The notes beneath the pieces are model-generated. The model was not told the DNA's origin. It searched no databases and was given only the letters and a program-made list of their open reading frames with translations. Shown here piece by piece: positions 60,013 through 64,000 of a stretch of DNA of 64,000 bases. Within the stretch, counting starts at the first letter, position 1. Each line of letters starts with the position of its first letter. The stretch lies in contig CM119372.1 of NCBI GenBank assembly GCA_051294905.1, positions 9,922,001 to 9,986,000 of the forward strand, written 5' to 3'. This DNA comes from Botryllus schlosseri. Its lineage: Eukaryota. The position numbers and the translations under genes are program-made.

Positions 60013-60981
60013 CAGTGGTTCTCAAAGTATATGGGTCGCGAAGGGTACAGATTTGGCTCGCGACCGCACCAAAGCCATCGTTTAATCACAGGTATAGTAT
60101 CTGCATATTTCCGGAAAAACGAATTCCAGTGTGTTGGGTATCAGAGGTGATCAAAATAGTCAGAGCTGCTACTCAAGTAGAAGTAACGGTAACGACGTAA
60201 ATATCTGCTCAATTGCAAGTAGAGGTATCAATTTCCGAGATATATCAAAACTATTTCAAGGGGTAACTTATCCCCATACTACTTTCTACATTTCAAAATA
60301 TAAGTCAGTAGCTTTCACTAGACAACATTTCACGTAGAAGTGGAAATAGTACAGAAGATTTGGAAACACTTTAGTAAAGTACACAAAGATTACTTTAGTA
60401 CTCCGAAAAAAGTAAAAGTACTTCGTTACTATGCCCCCCTCTGTGTACTACAGCCAATAAGTGACTCAGAGAAAAGCGTTTACGACAATATGGCTTGGTC
60501 ATACGACCCCTGTATTACGCGAGTCGATTTAATGTCACTAGCGGGTGTAATGGCATCGCAGAACAAAACAACTCAAAAATCTAGAAGTTCAGATCTACAT
60601 CATAACAGGATTTCATATTGGGGTTGTTCGTGCTATAAGTCGGCAGTTACGGAAAATAAAAAGAATATCGGCCTGGTGTAAATGACCATAGTAGTAGACA
60701 AACACCATGAATACCCAAAAACAAAACAAGGAAGCCTAAATTTCAGAGAAATCAAGCTCACTACGAAAGACATTTTGTTAATGAATCATGATTCTTAGAA
60801 CTGCATAGCGTCTGCCTGGAAGCCAGTGGCTTCTCTCATTTCATGTATGCCATAGACGAAGAGCAAACAGACATATAATACTAACATTAGAATTGCATTC
60901 CATTAGATGTTTGAGGATTGGGTCGAGAGATGTGAATAAACTCAGATTTGGGTCGCGCTCTAAAGAGTTGGAGAACCCCTG
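60013..60981. mobile_element. Charlie-like MITE containing a CAGAGGTG MITE (60142-60443) and a SINE/LINE 3' end (~60650-60725)
   Basis: Ends CAGTGGTTCTC/GAGAACCCCTG with TSD atatatag/ctatatag. Confidence 0.82.
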
Positions 60982-63165
60982 CTATATAGTACTATACTGC
61001 TACTATGCTCTATACTATAATAATCGAAGGCTGTATAATGTACATAGCGTACCGATTTATTGTTTTCACGAGTAGTATAACTGAAATTTCGCTGTAAATA
61101 GTTTTACAACCAAATTCGTGATATGCGACCAACAGAATATTTATTTGACATTCAGAGGATATTTAATTCCCAGATTGCTATAATAAATATATCTATTTAT
61201 ATATATATTTGCAAATAGCCTATCCAGATGCATATAACACGCAACTTTTGTCTCGTTTTATACTGGTGAGTGAGAGAGCTATGAGGGAGAGTCGTATGCG
61301 TTTGGTATATTGTATATTGAGAAAAGGAATATAGCAGTAACAGTAACCCATCGGGCTATGAGGGGGGAATACTGAGGCATTTAAAATATCCAAAACACAG
61401 AATACATAATGCGGCTCAAATAATTTCGAAAGGGAAGGGAAAATCTCAACAACAACAAAAAACACGTAAGCGAGCACGTCCGAGCGCTCATACGCATTTT
61501 TTAAGGAGACATAAAGGCGAACTTCAGATCATATCGTTACATTACCGCGAGCAGGACCTTGATGATCTTGATTCGAAAGCCTGATTTGAACCATAGTTCT
61601 CATTCAAAGGGGATGGTGCACGGACCGCCCATTGCACAATTCAGTCTTAACTAGCAGGGTCGAAGCAGCAATTCGTAAGCCTACCCTCCAAAAACGCATT
61701 GGTCCTGGCCCCCATAGCAAGGTCAATCGAGCTTCTGGGGGTTTCACCTCACATACGCCCCATTTCTACTTTCTCAGTTGCAATAAGTAAATGACTAGCT
61801 TACGTCGCGGTTATGAGGCTGATACGGGTTGGAGCAGTGATTCTCAACTGAGCTGCCGCGAGAAAATGATGTAATGATACGGTTGTCGCCGATTTATCAA
61901 AAATTACGCACATACAAATTCTGGGTAGCATGTGGGAAGCTGATGACCATAAAAGGTCATCATTGGCAGGGCCAATTCCGAAAGAAAACAGTTGAACAAT
62001 TACCTTAATATGCTTTCTTTGCAACCATGAACAGAACCATGACTATATTTACTGATTCATCAGTATCATCAGCAATCGCCAATGCAACAGGAGATGCGAC
62101 TACCATCACGTAAGAAATGTATATGATCTATATATTGTGTTTTGCAATGAATTATTGAATATCGAACAACTTCACTTAACGAGATAACCTGAATTTTACT
62201 GTCTCAATCCTAATGATACAGCAGTCTCTTTCTTTTATAGAAGCTCCGCAAAATTTTATAGAACATAGGTGTAAGTGCATGTGAATCAGCGAACTGTTGC
62301 GTATGGTACGCCTAATCGAGGGGTGTTCAACCTCCTTGATATTCACGGCCATGCTTCGATTCCAAATATAGCATACGGCCGCATCATTCCGGCGGAGACT
62401 CGTCATGGCTAATCTCTACGTCATTTACTCATGATAAATCGGCTACTGGGAACTTCACACTGCGGAGGGACTTGTGGTGTACTGTGCCATCACTGATTTT
62501 TTAAGATATACTTTACGTATAAAAGTTTTTATTTGTAGCAGAAGAACACCTCCGCAGGCTTACTAAAATCGCGAGCAAAAAGTTATGAAAGTTTTTTTGA
62601 TTCCCTTTCGAGTCGCGCAAAGCGTGAAAATATTTTCCATCTGGAAAATGTATTTCGTCGATAAGGTTGGTGGTTCCATATATTACTGCCATCAGGGCAT
62701 CCAGCACAGTGGCTTCCAAACGCGCGACCCCCCTCCCCCCCCCAGAGACACCCTGGCTCCGCCCCTGCCACGATGTAAACTGCTCTATTTGTGGGTTTCT
62801 CGCAGAAAGTACCAATTCAATATTATTGAGCTATAGCGACGGTTTCCTCGAGAATCTTTATCGACAGATATCGCCAGCGGAACACATATGAACTCCATCC
62901 TGTTCTACTCCAAAAGGAACCAATAATAATTACATTACCAACTTTTAAATGAGGATAAACATTTGCTTTTGATATCACAAGAGGAATGAAACTTACAAGC
63001 TTACCCGTACGATTGTACGATATTGCACACCCGGTCAACATGTTTTGAAGCATAAACTTGCCTGTTTATTGTGATGGCTGTGGTCATCGGTCTATATTAA
63101 TTCGGAACTGCTGGTACACCCTATCTGAGTAGTACACCCTTTTAAGATTTTGGTACACCCTAGGG

Positions 63166-63232
63166 CAGGGGTGGGCAAACTTTTCAGCTCGCGGGCCGCA
63201 TTCAACATCTGAATCCATTCGCGGGCCGCGCT
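63166..63232 (+). mobile_element. Left end of a Charlie-like MITE (another left end at 63851)
   Basis: CAGGGGTGGGCAAACTT followed by GCGGGCCGC repeats. The partner TIR is not in the window. Confidence 0.6.
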
Positions 63233-64000
63233 ATAAATAATTGGGATTATAAACCAAAACGCAATATTGGTTTCTGATTATATAGTGAAGACATGGAGAT
63301 AATATATATGCATATTAAAACCAAACCGAACATTGCTTTGATGATATCGTACACGCGTCAGAAACGGTAGCGAGATTTCATAGGCTGGTCGACCTCAATA
63401 AACAATTTGTCGAAACTATCAAGATGAAAGTCGGTTTTCCCGATTCTTAGAACAGGATTGAAATTGAAATATCTATGAAAAGCGATCTGTTCATGGATAT
63501 ACTCTTTCCACTATTGGTTCAGTTCTAGGCCACACAATGGTGACAGCATCATAGCCATGTTAGAGTCAAACACGCTTCTACTATGTGCAGATAAAATATA
63601 AATACCCTAATTCTACGCATACAGAGAACGAATCTACCTAAGACACGCGCGAATCGTTTTAATTAGCATATCACTGAAATAATTTAAACTGGAGTGGCCA
63701 ATTTGAAATCCCACTCGTGATCCGAATTATTCCAATCTCGTTTAGAATTTCTGTGATGTTTCGCTTTTCAAACTGCGTGGGCCTTAAGATGGCGCTGTCG
63801 TGCCAGAAATTAAACATGAAAAATATTATAGGAAGAATTTACCTTAGAACAGTGGTTCTCAGACTTTTTAAGACACGCCCTCGCTATGACAGTGAAAGAT
63901 TTCGCGCCCTCCCCTTTTATCGTCATATCACAAAACACAAACAGAATACTAGAAAACCTAACGGATAGTTTAATGGCATGGAAGGTTACGACTGTGGATG

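Noticed and set aside
61836..62480. Possible second Charlie transposase relic (LESKH.., ALAIADDTDES on the minus strand) next to a CAGTGATTCTCAAC end
   Set aside because: Motifs are too degenerate, and no partner TIR or TSD was found.

Overview
Eukaryotic, intron-containing and repeat-dense DNA from a metazoan, probably an invertebrate (taxon inferred, not established). The host content is a cluster of three paralogous rhodopsin-class (class A) GPCR genes with identical intron positions. Gene 1 (+, 3' half only, 3862-9755) has a 1-bp frameshift. Gene 2 (-, 23893-28951, candidate first exon to 30436) appears intact at about 360 aa. Gene 3 (+, 58331-59739) has two splice/phase lesions. A tandem duplication (~6.1-10.4 kb copied to ~11.2-16.1 kb) created a dead copy of the last exon of gene 1. 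The rest is mobile DNA. It includes the 5' part of a young I-group LINE with an Inr+DPE internal promoter and TAATG-coupled ORFs, at least 10 families of hAT-type MITEs with 8-bp TSDs (nested up to five deep at 32.6-42.4 kb), decayed hATm and Charlie/Buster transposases, several tRNA-derived SINEs, and a palindrome carrying hammerhead core boxes. The most unusual object is a 603-bp TSD-flanked retroposon (13735-14337) that joins a tRNA-SINE head to the 3' end of a restriction-like-endonuclease (R4/Dong-type) LINE. All family assignments come from motif recognition by eye; no database searches were run.
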